DNA of 64,000 bases from Minisyncoccia bacterium (GCA_049287045.1 JBAQFC010000011.1:23058-87057), one strand, 5' to 3'; positions 39,082 to 48,530 are shown, numbered from the stretch's first letter. Program-made: numbers and translations. The notes: generated by a model from the sequence alone, not told the origin.

Positions 39082-39262
39082 GAAGTAAAGTATTTTTTAA
39101 AAAGCATTACGCCGTCCACAGGTGCACATCAATATCCGATGTGCCAGGCCGACGGGCCGAGCATAGCAAATTTTTGATTCTGCAGAATCATGCCGCGCAA
39201 TGTCCATTGAGGCGCGGCCAGTATTTTTTTATGTGTGGTTTTTAAAAGATACTTTACTTTGA
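39082..39262. repeat. Extended-hairpin intergenic repeat, copy 3 of 4 (with inserted extra hairpins)
   Basis: The core aaaaagcatt…aggccgacgggccgagcatagcaaa…tgtgtggtttttaaaag is retained but interrupted by ggtgcacatc…gatgtgcc and gccgcgc…gcgcggc hairpins. The outer stem is gtaaagtat/atactttac. Confidence 0.75.
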
Positions 39263-39287
39263 AATTAACCTAAAAAAACCAAACAAA

Positions 39288-39316
39288 AAATCTCCGCCAG
39301 AAGCGGAGATTTTTTA
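39288..39316. terminator. Bidirectional terminator downstream of rpsO
   Basis: Hairpin tctccgc-caga-agcggaga with U-runs on both strands. Confidence 0.6.
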
Positions 39317-39325
39317 TTGTTTGAT

Positions 39326-39595
39326 TTAAGCTAAACCCATTTTCTTCATTAGAGCGTCATAACGAGGTTTACTCTTTCTCATTAGATACTTTAAGTGAGT
39401 TCTTCTGTCGGCAACCATTTTGATTAAACCACGACGAGAATGAAGATCCTTTTTATGTTTCTTTAAGTGTTTTGCTAGTTCATCAATCTGAGTGGACAAA
39501 ACAGCAACCTGAACCTCGGAAGATCCTGTGTCTTTGTCGTGAACTTGATTTTTCTTTATAACTGCTTGCTTTTTCTTTGTAGTTAACATGTGCAT
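39326..39595 (-). CDS. rpsO: 30S ribosomal protein S15
   Basis: 89 aa S15 (…HSRRGLIKMVADRRTHLKYL…). Confidence 0.88.
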   Translation of the reverse strand: MHMLTTKKKQAVIKKNQVHDKDTGSSEVQVAVLSTQIDELAKHLKKHKKDLHSRRGLIKMVADRRTHLKYLMRKSKPRYDALMKKMGLA

Positions 39596-39649
39596 ATCTT
39601 AGCACAAACACGTAAAAATTGCAAATGATAGAAAATAGTCTTTCTGACC

Positions 39650-39674
39650 TTCCCCTACACCTGGTGTAGGGGAA
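39650..39674. repeat. 25-nt perfect GC-rich palindrome
   Basis: ttcccctacacc-t-ggtgtaggggaa; shares the tcccct/agggga ends with the palindromes at 1080 and 17699. Confidence 0.7.
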
Positions 39675-39678
39675 TTTT

Positions 39679-39785
39679 GAGAAATAAAGTATTTTTTAAA
39701 AAGCATTGCACAGGCCGACGGGCCGAGCATAGCAAATTTTCAGCAGAAAATTATGTGCGGTTTTTAAAAGATATTTTGTTTTCTC
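39679..39785. repeat. Extended-hairpin intergenic repeat, copy 4 of 4
   Basis: Core identical to copy 2, including the aattttc-agca-gaaaatt apical hairpin. Confidence 0.8.
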
Positions 39786-39837
39786 AAAAAATAAGAAACA
39801 AAAGTATGTCGCACAATATTTCTGTTATAATTAAATT

Positions 39838-40758
39838 ATGGTTTCTGAAATCGAACAGCTAAAAAGAGAATACTTGGAACACATGGAAATCGAAAAGGGT
39901 TCCAGTTTGAAGACCATAGAAAACTATGAACGATACATGACACGTTTTTTGGATTTCGCAAAAATAAAAACTGCAAAAGAAATCACTGACGAGCTAGTTC
40001 GAAACTTCCGATTATTTTTAAACCGCCAATCTGCCGGCAACAATCGCGCGACTGGAGCGACTCTCAAGAAAAAAACTCAAAATTATTATTTGATTGCTCT
40101 ACGTTCATTTTTGAAATATCTTGCAAAGAGAGACATCACTTCCCTATCAGCTGAACGCATCGATTTAGCAAAAGTTCCCGAGCGTTCTCTCGATCTCATC
40201 TCTTCACAAGATTTAGACAGACTGCTCGCTGCACCCGAAGGTAACGATTTAAAATCTCTTCGTGATCGAGCCATTTTACAATTATTGTTTTCAACTGGTC
40301 TTCGTGTTTCAGAATTATGTTCACTGACACGAGACATTGATTTTTCGACAGATGAATTTTCAATCAGAGGAAAAGGTGGCAAAGTGCGAGTTGTTTTTAT
40401 TTCAGATGAAGCGAGAAGGGATGTAAATAATTATTTAAAAAAACGAGATGATATGGATGATGCTTTGTTCGTAAAAGTTGATCTTGAAAAAGCGACGAAA
40501 GAAAAGGAAGCTCTTGCTCGTAGATCAATAGAAAGAATTGTAAAATATTATGCGATCAAAGCAGGTATTTCTAAAAAAGTTACTCCCCATATCATACGCC
40601 ACTGTTTCGCGACTGATCTCCTGCAAAATGGCGCAGACATCCGCAGTGTACAAATAATGCTAGGACATTCAAGTATTTCCACCACACAGATCTACACACA
40701 TATAACCGATAAACAACTAAGAGAGGTTCATAAAAAATTTCATTCTAAAAGAGAATAA
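39838..40758 (+). CDS. xerC: Tyrosine recombinase XerC/XerD
   Basis: 306 aa with the C-terminal catalytic motifs (HIIRHCFATDLL…LGHSSISTTQIYTH). Confidence 0.85.
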   Translation: MVSEIEQLKREYLEHMEIEKGSSLKTIENYERYMTRFLDFAKIKTAKEITDELVRNFRLFLNRQSAGNNRATGATLKKKTQNYYLIALRSFLKYLAKRDITSLSAERIDLAKVPERSLDLISSQDLDRLLAAPEGNDLKSLRDRAILQLLFSTGLRVSELCSLTRDIDFSTDEFSIRGKGGKVRVVFISDEARRDVNNYLKKRDDMDDALFVKVDLEKATKEKEALARRSIERIVKYYAIKAGISKKVTPHIIRHCFATDLLQNGADIRSVQIMLGHSSISTTQIYTHITDKQLREVHKKFHSKRE

Positions 40759-41113
40759 AAAAAATCTCCTTCGTTGAATAAACAACGAAAGAGATTGATA
40801 CGATAAAACCAAAAAGTTTAATAAGATAAAAAGGAAATTCTTTGACCTTCCCATTTTCTTGTTCCACCATAACACAAGGAGATAAAACATCTATCTTCTT
40901 TTTCTGCAACAGGAATTACAGGCTCTTTTACTTTAACTTTTACCGGAGCCGGGGCAAAAAGCATTAAAATTGAAACTATTACATTAGTTTCTTTCCCTTT
41001 TTTCATTTGGTTTGTTTTTTTAATTGTGAATACTATTGTATTTAAAGAACGAATCCAATCCTAACTAGGACGGAAGACTAGTATACCTGCTTCATATAAA
41101 AAAGCAAACTTTG

Positions 41114-41122
41114 GTGTACAAT
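41114..41122 (+). promoter_or_regulatory. Extended -10 (TGtTACAAT) 6 nt before the xth start codon (leaderless-like)
   Basis: ttggTGtACAATatatgcATG, with the ATG at 41129. Confidence 0.35.
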
Positions 41123-41128
41123 ATATGC

Positions 41129-41902
41129 ATGACAAAGATAGTTTCCTGGAATACAAACGGTCTACGAGCCACAGCCAAAAATGGTTTTTTTGCTCCATTA
41201 TTTAAAAATAAAAAAATGGATATTTTGTGCTTGCAAGAAACAAAAGCAGAAGCTGACCAACTCCCTCTAGAAGTACGAGATGTCCCAGGCTACTCTTCTT
41301 ACTTTTCTCATTCTAAATTACGAAAAGGTTATAGTGGCGTAGCAATATATTCAAAAATAAAACCAATAGAAATTTTTTACGGTATAGGTATAGAAAGATT
41401 TGATATTGAAGGACGAATAGTCGGAACCAAATATGAAGACTTCACTCTAATAAACGTTTACTTTCCAAATGCTGGCACAGACCCAGAGAGACTAAAGTAC
41501 AAACTTGAGTTTTATGATGAATTCTTGAAATTTGTCTTGAAACTAAGAAAAAAAGGTGAACATGTAATATTTTGTGGGGACGTAAACACAGCCCACACAG
41601 CTATTGATCTAGCTCGACCAAAAGCCAACGAAGAAAATACTGGTTTCCTACCAATAGAACGTGAATGGATTGATGAAGTTATAAATAATGGATTTTCTGA
41701 CGTTTTCAGGCATTTTTACCCAACCAAAAAAGATGCCTATACATATTGGGATATGAAAACCTTCGCGAGAGACCGAAATGTAGGCTGGAGAATTGATTAT
41801 TTCTTTGCTAGTAATGAAATAGTTTCTAAAATAAAAAAAACTGGTATAGATACTGACTATATGGGCTCTGACCACTGCCCTATCTGGATGGAAATTGAAT
41901 AA
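41129..41902 (+). CDS. xth: Exodeoxyribonuclease III / AP endonuclease
   Basis: The ExoIII sequence starts at MTKIVSWNTNGLRA; the ORF-track start at 41111 adds 6 unlikely residues. Confidence 0.85.
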   Translation: MTKIVSWNTNGLRATAKNGFFAPLFKNKKMDILCLQETKAEADQLPLEVRDVPGYSSYFSHSKLRKGYSGVAIYSKIKPIEIFYGIGIERFDIEGRIVGTKYEDFTLINVYFPNAGTDPERLKYKLEFYDEFLKFVLKLRKKGEHVIFCGDVNTAHTAIDLARPKANEENTGFLPIEREWIDEVINNGFSDVFRHFYPTKKDAYTYWDMKTFARDRNVGWRIDYFFASNEIVSKIKKTGIDTDYMGSDHCPIWMEIE

Positions 41903-41908
41903 AAAAAT

Positions 41909-41940
41909 AAGCCAGACGTTTTAATGTCTGGCTCGAAGAT
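41909..41940 (-). terminator. Terminator downstream of the sigma factor gene (minus strand)
   Basis: Hairpin gccagac-gttttaat-gtctggc followed by a U-run on the minus strand. Confidence 0.5.
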
Positions 41941-41973
41941 TATTTTACTTCAAGGCTTTGTCTATTTCCTTTT

Positions 41974-42903
41974 TCAATCTAAGACCTTATTACCAATTTC
42001 ATCCTGTCCGAGATATTCCTTTAAAAATTTACTGCGACTACTCTGTTTTAATCTTCTAATGGCTTTCTCTTTTATTTGAGAAACTCGTTCTCGTGTTAAA
42101 TTAAATTTTTCTGCTATTTCCTCAAAAGACAAACGAGGAGAGCCAATGCCAAAATAAAATTTAATAACATCTTTTTCACGTTCAGCAATAGTATTCAATG
42201 CTCTTTCTATTTCAATACCAAGAGATTCTTTATGAAGAATCTCGAAAGGAGAAAATTCATCAGTACCAAATAAATCAGTTGCTTCAAATTCAACAGATTC
42301 AAACGTGTCTAAATTTAAAAAAACTTTATATGGCTCATTAGTGGAAACAATCCTTTTAGGAACTCCTAAAATCAAGTTTAATTCATGCTCACACATTTCT
42401 AATTCTTTGGAGATATACTCATTTTCTGGGTAATAACCATTCTCTACAAAAAATATGTTACTTATTTTCTCAGCCTTTGATCTTGTTGAAGCTATGTTCT
42501 GTGGCAACCGAAAGAATTTATCAAATTTAATTGATGCATCTAACATGCTTGCTTGGATACCCCATACAGCATAGGACAAAAATTTTGCTCCTCTGGTGTC
42601 ATCATATCTGAAAGCAGCTTTAATTAAACCAATACAACCCTCATTAATCAAATCATCTAAGTTCAATAAGCATTTATTAGCTTGATATTTTTTCGCAACA
42701 GAGATAATAAAAAAAATATGAAGTTTTAAAAGATTTTTAAGAGATTTTTCATCTCCCTTTTTAACTTTTTTAATTAATTCTATTTCCTCATCGCAACTAA
42801 TTGGTTTATGACTATCAATTTCTTTCAAAAGATTTTTAAAAGAAATTGTTCGACTAGAAATATATTTAATTCCTTTGTCTGTTTTGAATTTAAAAGATCC
42901 CAT
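41974..42903 (-). CDS. RNA polymerase sigma factor, sigma-70 family (regions 2-4)
   Basis: 309 aa: region 2 (DLINEGCIGLIKAAFRYDDTRGAKFLSYAVWGIQ) and a region 4.2 HTH (LSFEEIAEKFNLTRERVSQIKEKAIRRL). Confidence 0.8.
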   Translation of the reverse strand: MGSFKFKTDKGIKYISSRTISFKNLLKEIDSHKPISCDEEIELIKKVKKGDEKSLKNLLKLHIFFIISVAKKYQANKCLLNLDDLINEGCIGLIKAAFRYDDTRGAKFLSYAVWGIQASMLDASIKFDKFFRLPQNIASTRSKAEKISNIFFVENGYYPENEYISKELEMCEHELNLILGVPKRIVSTNEPYKVFLNLDTFESVEFEATDLFGTDEFSPFEILHKESLGIEIERALNTIAEREKDVIKFYFGIGSPRLSFEEIAEKFNLTRERVSQIKEKAIRRLKQSSRSKFLKEYLGQDEIGNKVLD

Positions 42904-42933
42904 ATATCTGTATTTTTAAATTGTTTAAGTGCA

Positions 42934-42985
42934 TCTGTTTCGTCCTTTTGGACTCATCAGTCGAAATACACATTTCGAGACAGAG
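42934..42985 (-). ncRNA. Hammerhead ribozyme (type III), copy 1, in the 5' region of the sigma factor gene
   Basis: Minus-strand RNA reads 5'-CUCUGUC^UCGAAAUGUGUAUUUCGA-CUGAUGA-GUCCAAAAGGAC-GAAAC-AGA. Stem I is a 7-bp hairpin, stem II is GUCC/GGAC, stem III is ACAGA/UCUGU, the cleavage triplet is GUC, and all invariant core nucleotides are present. Confidence 0.8.
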
Positions 42986-43069
42986 CAGTGAGTATTTTTT
43001 CTCACTGCATACACTTTTCAGTTTCAGGATGTTGCGTTCCTAACCAGAGGTTTGAGTTACTCTATTCGC

Positions 43070-43717
43070 TCAACTTTGTTTGGGTTTTTTCTTAGCCTCA
43101 ACTCGAAAGACTCCATCTCTTACCGTTTGTATTGCCTTGAAATGCATATTGATAATATCGGGGGTAATCGCAATTACTTCCTGAGCTAAATCAATTGCTT
43201 CTTCAATTAAATACCCACGTTTGGATTCACGCATTTCCTCCAGGCAGTCGGAAATAATCATGAGACATGATGCCTTAGGCATGTAGTGGTCATAACCACG
43301 TGCGAGAGGTTTCCCTTTCTCGCCATAACCTGCAAGAATATTATTCCCTGTTACTTTTCTATCTTTATTCAGAGCAGCACAGCAGAACTGTGATGGTTGA
43401 GTTATAGATTGAGTAGATACAGTTAATACATCTTCTTTCGGATAATGCACATACACAGCAACCCCTGCTTGATTATTCCAATCTGTACCAAAAACATCCG
43501 AAATACTTTTAAGCGCATTGGCGGCTAATTGTTTATATGGTCTTGTCGATCCAGTATAAATATAACCACCCCTTGGCTCTAGGGAATCTGGGGCGATACT
43601 GCGAGAATCTCTGCCCGAATTGAAATGCTTAAGTAAAGCTTCGTGATTTTCCTGCTTAAGTAAAAACAGTACGTTAATGCTTTGAGTCAAAACGGGAAGT
43701 TTATCTATTTTTTTCAT
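43070..43717 (-). CDS. Hypothetical protein (between two hammerhead motifs)
   Basis: 215 aa with no recognised domain. Confidence 0.45.
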   Translation of the reverse strand: MKKIDKLPVLTQSINVLFLLKQENHEALLKHFNSGRDSRSIAPDSLEPRGGYIYTGSTRPYKQLAANALKSISDVFGTDWNNQAGVAVYVHYPKEDVLTVSTQSITQPSQFCCAALNKDRKVTGNNILAGYGEKGKPLARGYDHYMPKASCLMIISDCLEEMRESKRGYLIEEAIDLAQEVIAITPDIINMHFKAIQTVRDGVFRVEAKKKPKQS

Positions 43718-43748
43718 GGCTATTTAGTTTTAGATTTAACAAAGAACA

Positions 43749-43798
43749 TCTGTTTCGTCTTTTTAGACTCATCAGTCGAAATACACATTTCGAGACAG
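43749..43798 (-). ncRNA. Hammerhead ribozyme (type III), copy 2
   Basis: Same core as copy 1: …GUC^UCGAAAUGUGUAUUUCGA-CUGAUGA-GUCUAAAAAGAC-GAAAC-AG. Stem II shows the covarying pair GUCU/AGAC versus GUCC/GGAC in copy 1. Confidence 0.8.
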
Positions 43799-43907
43799 TG
43801 TGGCAAAAATATTTTCACCACTATTTGGATAATTTTACTTTGAGGCTTGTCCGTTTCCTTTTTAATATTAAGCGGTGAGGTGAGAATACTCAACCATATT
43901 CCTTGAT

Positions 43908-44096
43908 TTACTCAACAACTTTTCCTGACCCACTACAAGGTATATCTCTAACATTCCTCAAGTGGACACCCTCGTCTGAATCATCTAGTTCGCGAGGTGC
44001 TACTCTTGTGTGAGATAATAATTTAAATTTACCCTGAATCTCAGTTTCCTGAGCGGAAATTTCTTTTCCGCATTCTGGACATATACTTTTTTTCAT
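43908..44096 (-). CDS. Small zinc-ribbon-like protein
   Basis: 62 aa with a CPECG motif; it would be the first cistron of the ribozyme-punctuated transcription unit. Confidence 0.35.
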   Translation of the reverse strand: MKKSICPECGKEISAQETEIQGKFKLLSHTRVAPRELDDSDEGVHLRNVRDIPCSGSGKVVE

Positions 44097-45163
44097 ATCT
44101 GTATAATTTTAAGTTAGACAATATATTAAAGAACAATCTCTACAGAACGATCATTCGACTTCGCTCATGACAAGCAAACAAATCACAGTTCTGATAAAGA
44201 GGAGAAACATTTGCCGTAGCATTTGTTTCTCCAAAATTAAACTTTTCTCTGTTACCAGAGAGGCATCACGTTCCACCGTGAAGGTTTTTACCTACCACAC
44301 CCTAGGATTAGGATAACCGACAAATGTCGATTAGATTTCTGGATTACAACGATTGTGTATTCCAAATTGCACAATATCTCTGACAATACGTTTTTGTCAT
44401 AAATTCTTAGCTGTGCTTGGTTTGGAAAACCATACACAACCAAGAAGAAGATCTGCTCCCTACTGGTCTCTCCGGCGCTGGCTCCCGGAACTTGCTTCTT
44501 TGCTCATATTCCAGAGTGGAAATTGAAATTTGGTTTAAAAGAAGTTGCACTGTGAATCGTCAACTAAACACAGGCTCCAAATTTCAATTTCCACCCTAGA
44601 ATTATTTTTAAAAAACATTTACACTATCAATCCACGAAACATTTCATGAACTGAATAATGTGGGTGACTTTTACTAAAGGTGTCACCCGGGTTTTCCTTG
44701 GATGTTTTTATTGGGCACATCTTTGCCTTTTTATACGATGAGCTAATTAGTTCGTACTACCTGAGTTCTTATCTAGAACCATTACCCATTGGGGTCTTCA
44801 GAATTCTTCTTTCGAAGAACCTCTGGCTGCGTGACATCGCCTTTTTAGGGGATCCGTCGGCAGTAAAACCATTTTGGGCAAGTAGCTTATTAGCCATTCT
44901 GTCCAACTCTTTTGTGTCTTTCATACACTTGGGGTTTGATTGGTTACTAATATCTCCATATATAGAGACAATAGTAACCAATCAAACCTTTATAAAATGA
45001 ACAAGTTTGAATTTTTGAAATAACCTTTATCAAACTTCTGAATTTAATTTAGCAATAATTATTTACTTTGTCAACTAGTTTTGTCATGTTATTTCTGTTA
45101 AAATCATATAAAGTAAGCATATAAACAATTTATTATTAATCTAACAAGAATTTTTGTCATTTT
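44097..45163. other. About 1 kb ORF-free, GC-elevated, hairpin-rich region (candidate structured RNA/regulatory region)
   Basis: No credible ORF. Contains 17-18-bp perfect inverted repeats (gtggaaattgaaatttgg…ccaaatttcaatttccac at 44516-44596; ggtttgattggttacta…tagtaaccaatcaaacc at 44935-44990) and many shorter hairpins. Confidence 0.4.
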
Positions 45164-45946
45164 ATGATTGAAATACCACAAGAAATTAAAAAAGTATTAA
45201 GAGAAATAGGATTGGATCGCACAGAATCCCAAGTTTACGTAGCTCTTCTAAAAAAAAGTCTTCTGGGTATTCAAGACATTTCAAACGAACTCAAGCTTCC
45301 ACGTTCTTCGGTACATCTTGCGTGTGAAAGTTTAGTCGACAAAGGAATCGTAAAGATAACTAAATTAGGCAAAAGACGAACTTTTTATATTGAGCATCCA
45401 AAAGATATTGGAAATTTTTTAGTACAACAGGAGAACAGTATTTCTTCTAAAAAGAATTCACTGAATGAGATTCTACCTCGACTAATTGCAACATACGCAA
45501 CATCCCAAGAATCCGAGCCCATCGACATAGAAGAACTTCAGGGAGAAGACGGACTCGTAGAGATATTTTACCGTTCCTTGGATCAGCCTAAAAATGGAGA
45601 AGTTTTAAGATTTGGAGCTGACCCGGCTATGTTTACTGTTGCAAGAAATAGACTTGTAGAATATAGAGAAGAAAGAATGAAAAAAAAGATTTATACTCGC
45701 TTGTTGTTAACGGAATCAGAATATTCAAAGGAAGAAATTAAAGATGCTCGTTTTAAAATGCGTGAGGCTAGAATTTTACCAAAAGAAGTCTACAATCCAA
45801 ACACTCAAACTTCTGTCTGGGCTGACAACGTAACAATAACTATTTGGGACAAAGGCCTCCACTCCATAATAATAAAAAACAAAGCTATTGCTGAATTTAT
45901 GAAGCAAATGTTTGAAATTGCATGGAGCCAAGCCAGGAAAGACTGA
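45164..45946 (+). CDS. TrmB-like wHTH transcriptional regulator
   Basis: 260 aa; the N-terminal TESQVYVALLKK…ISNELKLPRSSVHLACESLVDKGIV stretch is a TrmB-type wHTH. Confidence 0.6.
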   Translation: MIEIPQEIKKVLREIGLDRTESQVYVALLKKSLLGIQDISNELKLPRSSVHLACESLVDKGIVKITKLGKRRTFYIEHPKDIGNFLVQQENSISSKKNSLNEILPRLIATYATSQESEPIDIEELQGEDGLVEIFYRSLDQPKNGEVLRFGADPAMFTVARNRLVEYREERMKKKIYTRLLLTESEYSKEEIKDARFKMREARILPKEVYNPNTQTSVWADNVTITIWDKGLHSIIIKNKAIAEFMKQMFEIAWSQARKD

Positions 45947-46085
45947 TTAGACCGTTGTATAAATTTAAAACTCCTAATCCTCTGGATTACTTTACTTTTT
46001 AATCCAAAAGTGTTATTGTATATTCGAAATTCTAAAATAGAATATTCATTGCATAGTTCTTAAACAATTTAACTCCCCAAATAAA

Positions 46086-46553
46086 ATGAAAAATTTAATT
46101 ATTTTTTTAATGCTTTTACAAGCACCAATTATTTTAGCTCAAGAAACATTTACTAGCAGGATAAAATCCTCTTTTAAAAATGCAAAGAGTCATCTTATGG
46201 CGCATGACACCGTTAGTATTTACAAAGATACTGCCTTTAAAGTAGTAATGATGCCATTCAAACGGTCTGATTATCAAACCGAAAGAAAAGATGGTTATTT
46301 TATTTTTAAAGCAGTTGGTCACTCGAAAAATAGTGACCTCGATTCTGCAAGAGCTATGGCTTTTCTAAATGGTTATGAGATATTAAAATCTCAAGTATCC
46401 AGTGAAACAAAAAGTTATCTTAATAATGTAAATGTTAAAGACGAAAAGATTTTTCAAAAAAAAGATGAAGAATATTACGAAGTTTTTATTTTATTGGAGG
46501 AAAATGAAAAAGATGTACATCTTTGCAGGGTTGGTATTTGTAAACATAACTAA
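46086..46553 (+). CDS. Secreted hypothetical protein
   Basis: 155 aa with a signal peptide. Confidence 0.4.
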   Translation: MKNLIIFLMLLQAPIILAQETFTSRIKSSFKNAKSHLMAHDTVSIYKDTAFKVVMMPFKRSDYQTERKDGYFIFKAVGHSKNSDLDSARAMAFLNGYEILKSQVSSETKSYLNNVNVKDEKIFQKKDEEYYEVFILLEENEKDVHLCRVGICKHN

Positions 46554-46600
46554 TTGTAGTTTACAATAAAAATTCTGTCTAACCTTCAAACTTATACATC

Positions 46601-46957
46601 ATGACTAAAATAGAATTAGAAATAAAATGGAAAGAAAAAATTAATCTTTTATTACATAAAAGAAACATAATTCCAGAAATAGATGTTAAATTATTTCTCA
46701 AAGAAAATTTCTTTGAAATTTCTCTGGATTTTGATTTAGTATTACAACTTTCCGGTGAAAAAATTTCATTAAGTAAATTTGTTACCAAAATGGTAAATTA
46801 TGCCATTAAAAATCAGCTGAGTAATAAAGGAGGTTACATAGGAATTTGCGAACCACTCCCTGGATTAGATTATTACGACAACAAAATAGATAGGTATAGC
46901 AATGGTGAATCTGCAAAATATCAATCTGCTTTTGGTAAATGGTATGGTGATAATTAA
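46601..46957 (+). CDS. Hypothetical protein
   Basis: 118 aa; followed by a terminator at 47004-47036. Confidence 0.4.
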   Translation: MTKIELEIKWKEKINLLLHKRNIIPEIDVKLFLKENFFEISLDFDLVLQLSGEKISLSKFVTKMVNYAIKNQLSNKGGYIGICEPLPGLDYYDNKIDRYSNGESAKYQSAFGKWYGDN

Positions 46958-47043
46958 CAAAAAAAACAAGGAAATAGATGAGCCTCGAAGTAAAATCATC
47001 CACGAGTCGGACATAACAATGTCCGACTCTTTTTTTAAATTAA

Positions 47044-47844
47044 TTAAAGTTTTACCAATTTGAGTTTAATACCTGATCCAAACCAGTCTTGAGCATGTTT
47101 TTTAAAGCTTTTAGTAATATCAGTTACAAGGAATTCTCTCTTTCCATTTTTTTGAAGCATTTCTCTAACTTCATCTTTATTCGCAAGATACTTTTTAAGT
47201 CGCTGAGCTATTAATTCATCTTGAGAAAAAACTATTACATCTTTACCCACCATTTCACGGATCTCTTTTTTTAATATTGGGTAATGAGTGCAACCCAAAA
47301 TGATTGCTTGTACTTTATGTCGCATTAATTTTTCAACATACTCTTTTAATATAGGCTTCACCCATTTAATTCCTCCATTCTCAATCATTGGGACCAAGAG
47401 TGGAGCTTCTTGCTGGTAGACTTTTATTTTTTTGTTGGCTTTTCGGAATTCTTGTGGGTATTTATTGGAAATGACAGTACCTGGAGTTGCCAACACACCA
47501 ATTTTTTTTAAATCTTTATTTTCTACTACCTTTTCAATCGTTGGAACTAAAATACCAAGAACTTTTCTGTCTGGCCAATATTTAGGTAGATATTCTTTTC
47601 TTACTCTATCAATACCTTCTGCCGAAGCCGTGTTACAGGCAACCACAACTAGTTTACAATCCTTTTTGTACAAAAAATTCAATGCTTCTTTCAAGAATTC
47701 ATAAACAGTATCTGCTGATCTGTTTCCGTAAGGCACTCTTTTTGTATCACCCAAATAAATATAATCATATTCAGGTAATTCTTTGATTATTCTTTTTGTA
47801 ACCAAAAGACCACCAAGACCTGAATCAAAAATACCGATTTTCAT
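47044..47844 (-). CDS. murI: Glutamate racemase
   Basis: 266 aa with the GIFDSGLGGL and VVACNTAS/GCTHYP motifs. Confidence 0.88.
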   Translation of the reverse strand: MKIGIFDSGLGGLLVTKRIIKELPEYDYIYLGDTKRVPYGNRSADTVYEFLKEALNFLYKKDCKLVVVACNTASAEGIDRVRKEYLPKYWPDRKVLGILVPTIEKVVENKDLKKIGVLATPGTVISNKYPQEFRKANKKIKVYQQEAPLLVPMIENGGIKWVKPILKEYVEKLMRHKVQAIILGCTHYPILKKEIREMVGKDVIVFSQDELIAQRLKKYLANKDEVREMLQKNGKREFLVTDITKSFKKHAQDWFGSGIKLKLVKL

Positions 47845-47907
47845 CCTTTTATTTTAGCACGTATTAAGCATATTATTTTTATCCTAAATTTATGCTATTA
47901 TTTCAAT

Positions 47908-48528
47908 ATGAAAGCTTCAAGATTAGAACAATTATCCGACGGTATTTTTGCAATCGTAATGACAATCATTGTTTTCGAATTAAAAGTACCTGCGTTACCT
48001 ATAGGCACAGGAAATTTAGATGTTTGGCGTGCTCTTGTATCTATGTCTCCTCTTTTTATGAGTTACATCCTTTCTTTCGCAATGCTTTTCACTTATTGGA
48101 GAGCACACCATTTTTTCATTTCTGTTTATGCCAAAAATATAGACATGACTCTTACCAATATAAATGCACTCTTTTTCCTTTTCGTTGGACTTGTACCCTT
48201 CTCCACATCACTTTTAGGACGAGCAGGTGGATTAGAACTACCAATAATAATCTTTTCTACAAACATTATCCTTATAGGTCTTTGTCTTTACTGGATGAGA
48301 GACTATATATTTCATTCTGAGCATATTAAAAATATTGAAGTAAGCCACGATGAAATAATACGTGGAACAATCCGTATGCTAGTACCAGTATTTTCTGCTC
48401 TTATAGCTATCCCTCTTTGTTTCTTCTATAAACAAGCAGCTCTAGCTCTTTTGGCAATATCTATTCTATTTAATTTCTCTCACTACAGTACCCACTTCTT
48501 GGTTAAACTAAATAAACTTTTTAGATAG
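47908..48528 (+). CDS. TMEM175/DUF1211-family potassium-channel-like membrane protein
   Basis: 206 aa; RLEQLSDGIFAIVMTIIVFEL matches the DUF1211 signature, and there are six transmembrane helices. Confidence 0.7.
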   Translation: MKASRLEQLSDGIFAIVMTIIVFELKVPALPIGTGNLDVWRALVSMSPLFMSYILSFAMLFTYWRAHHFFISVYAKNIDMTLTNINALFFLFVGLVPFSTSLLGRAGGLELPIIIFSTNIILIGLCLYWMRDYIFHSEHIKNIEVSHDEIIRGTIRMLVPVFSALIAIPLCFFYKQAALALLAISILFNFSHYSTHFLVKLNKLFR

Positions 48529-48530
48529 CA

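Noticed and set aside
39677-39862. 61-aa ORF upstream of xerC
   Set aside because: It lies entirely within repeat copy 4 and the xerC promoter region and overlaps the xerC start in another frame.
44417-45000. ORFs of 60, 106 and 70 aa inside the 44.1-45.2 kb noncoding region
   Set aside because: They have no RBS or start context, and the hydrophobic/low-complexity translations come from a hairpin-rich region. The region is treated as noncoding.
44097-45163. RNase P RNA, tmRNA, SRP RNA or a group II intron in the long noncoding region
   Set aside because: I could not find the recalled conserved motifs (P4 AGUCCGG…ACAGAACCCGG, the tmRNA tRNA-like GGUUCGAUUCC end, SRP AGGUCCGGAAGG, domain V …GUACGG…) on either strand. 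The region is left unassigned rather than named.
47892-48320. 142-aa ORF in an alternative frame to the TMEM175-like gene
   Set aside because: The overlapping frame 47908-48528 encodes a coherent 6-transmembrane DUF1211-signature protein. The alternative product is Cys/Arg-rich nonsense.
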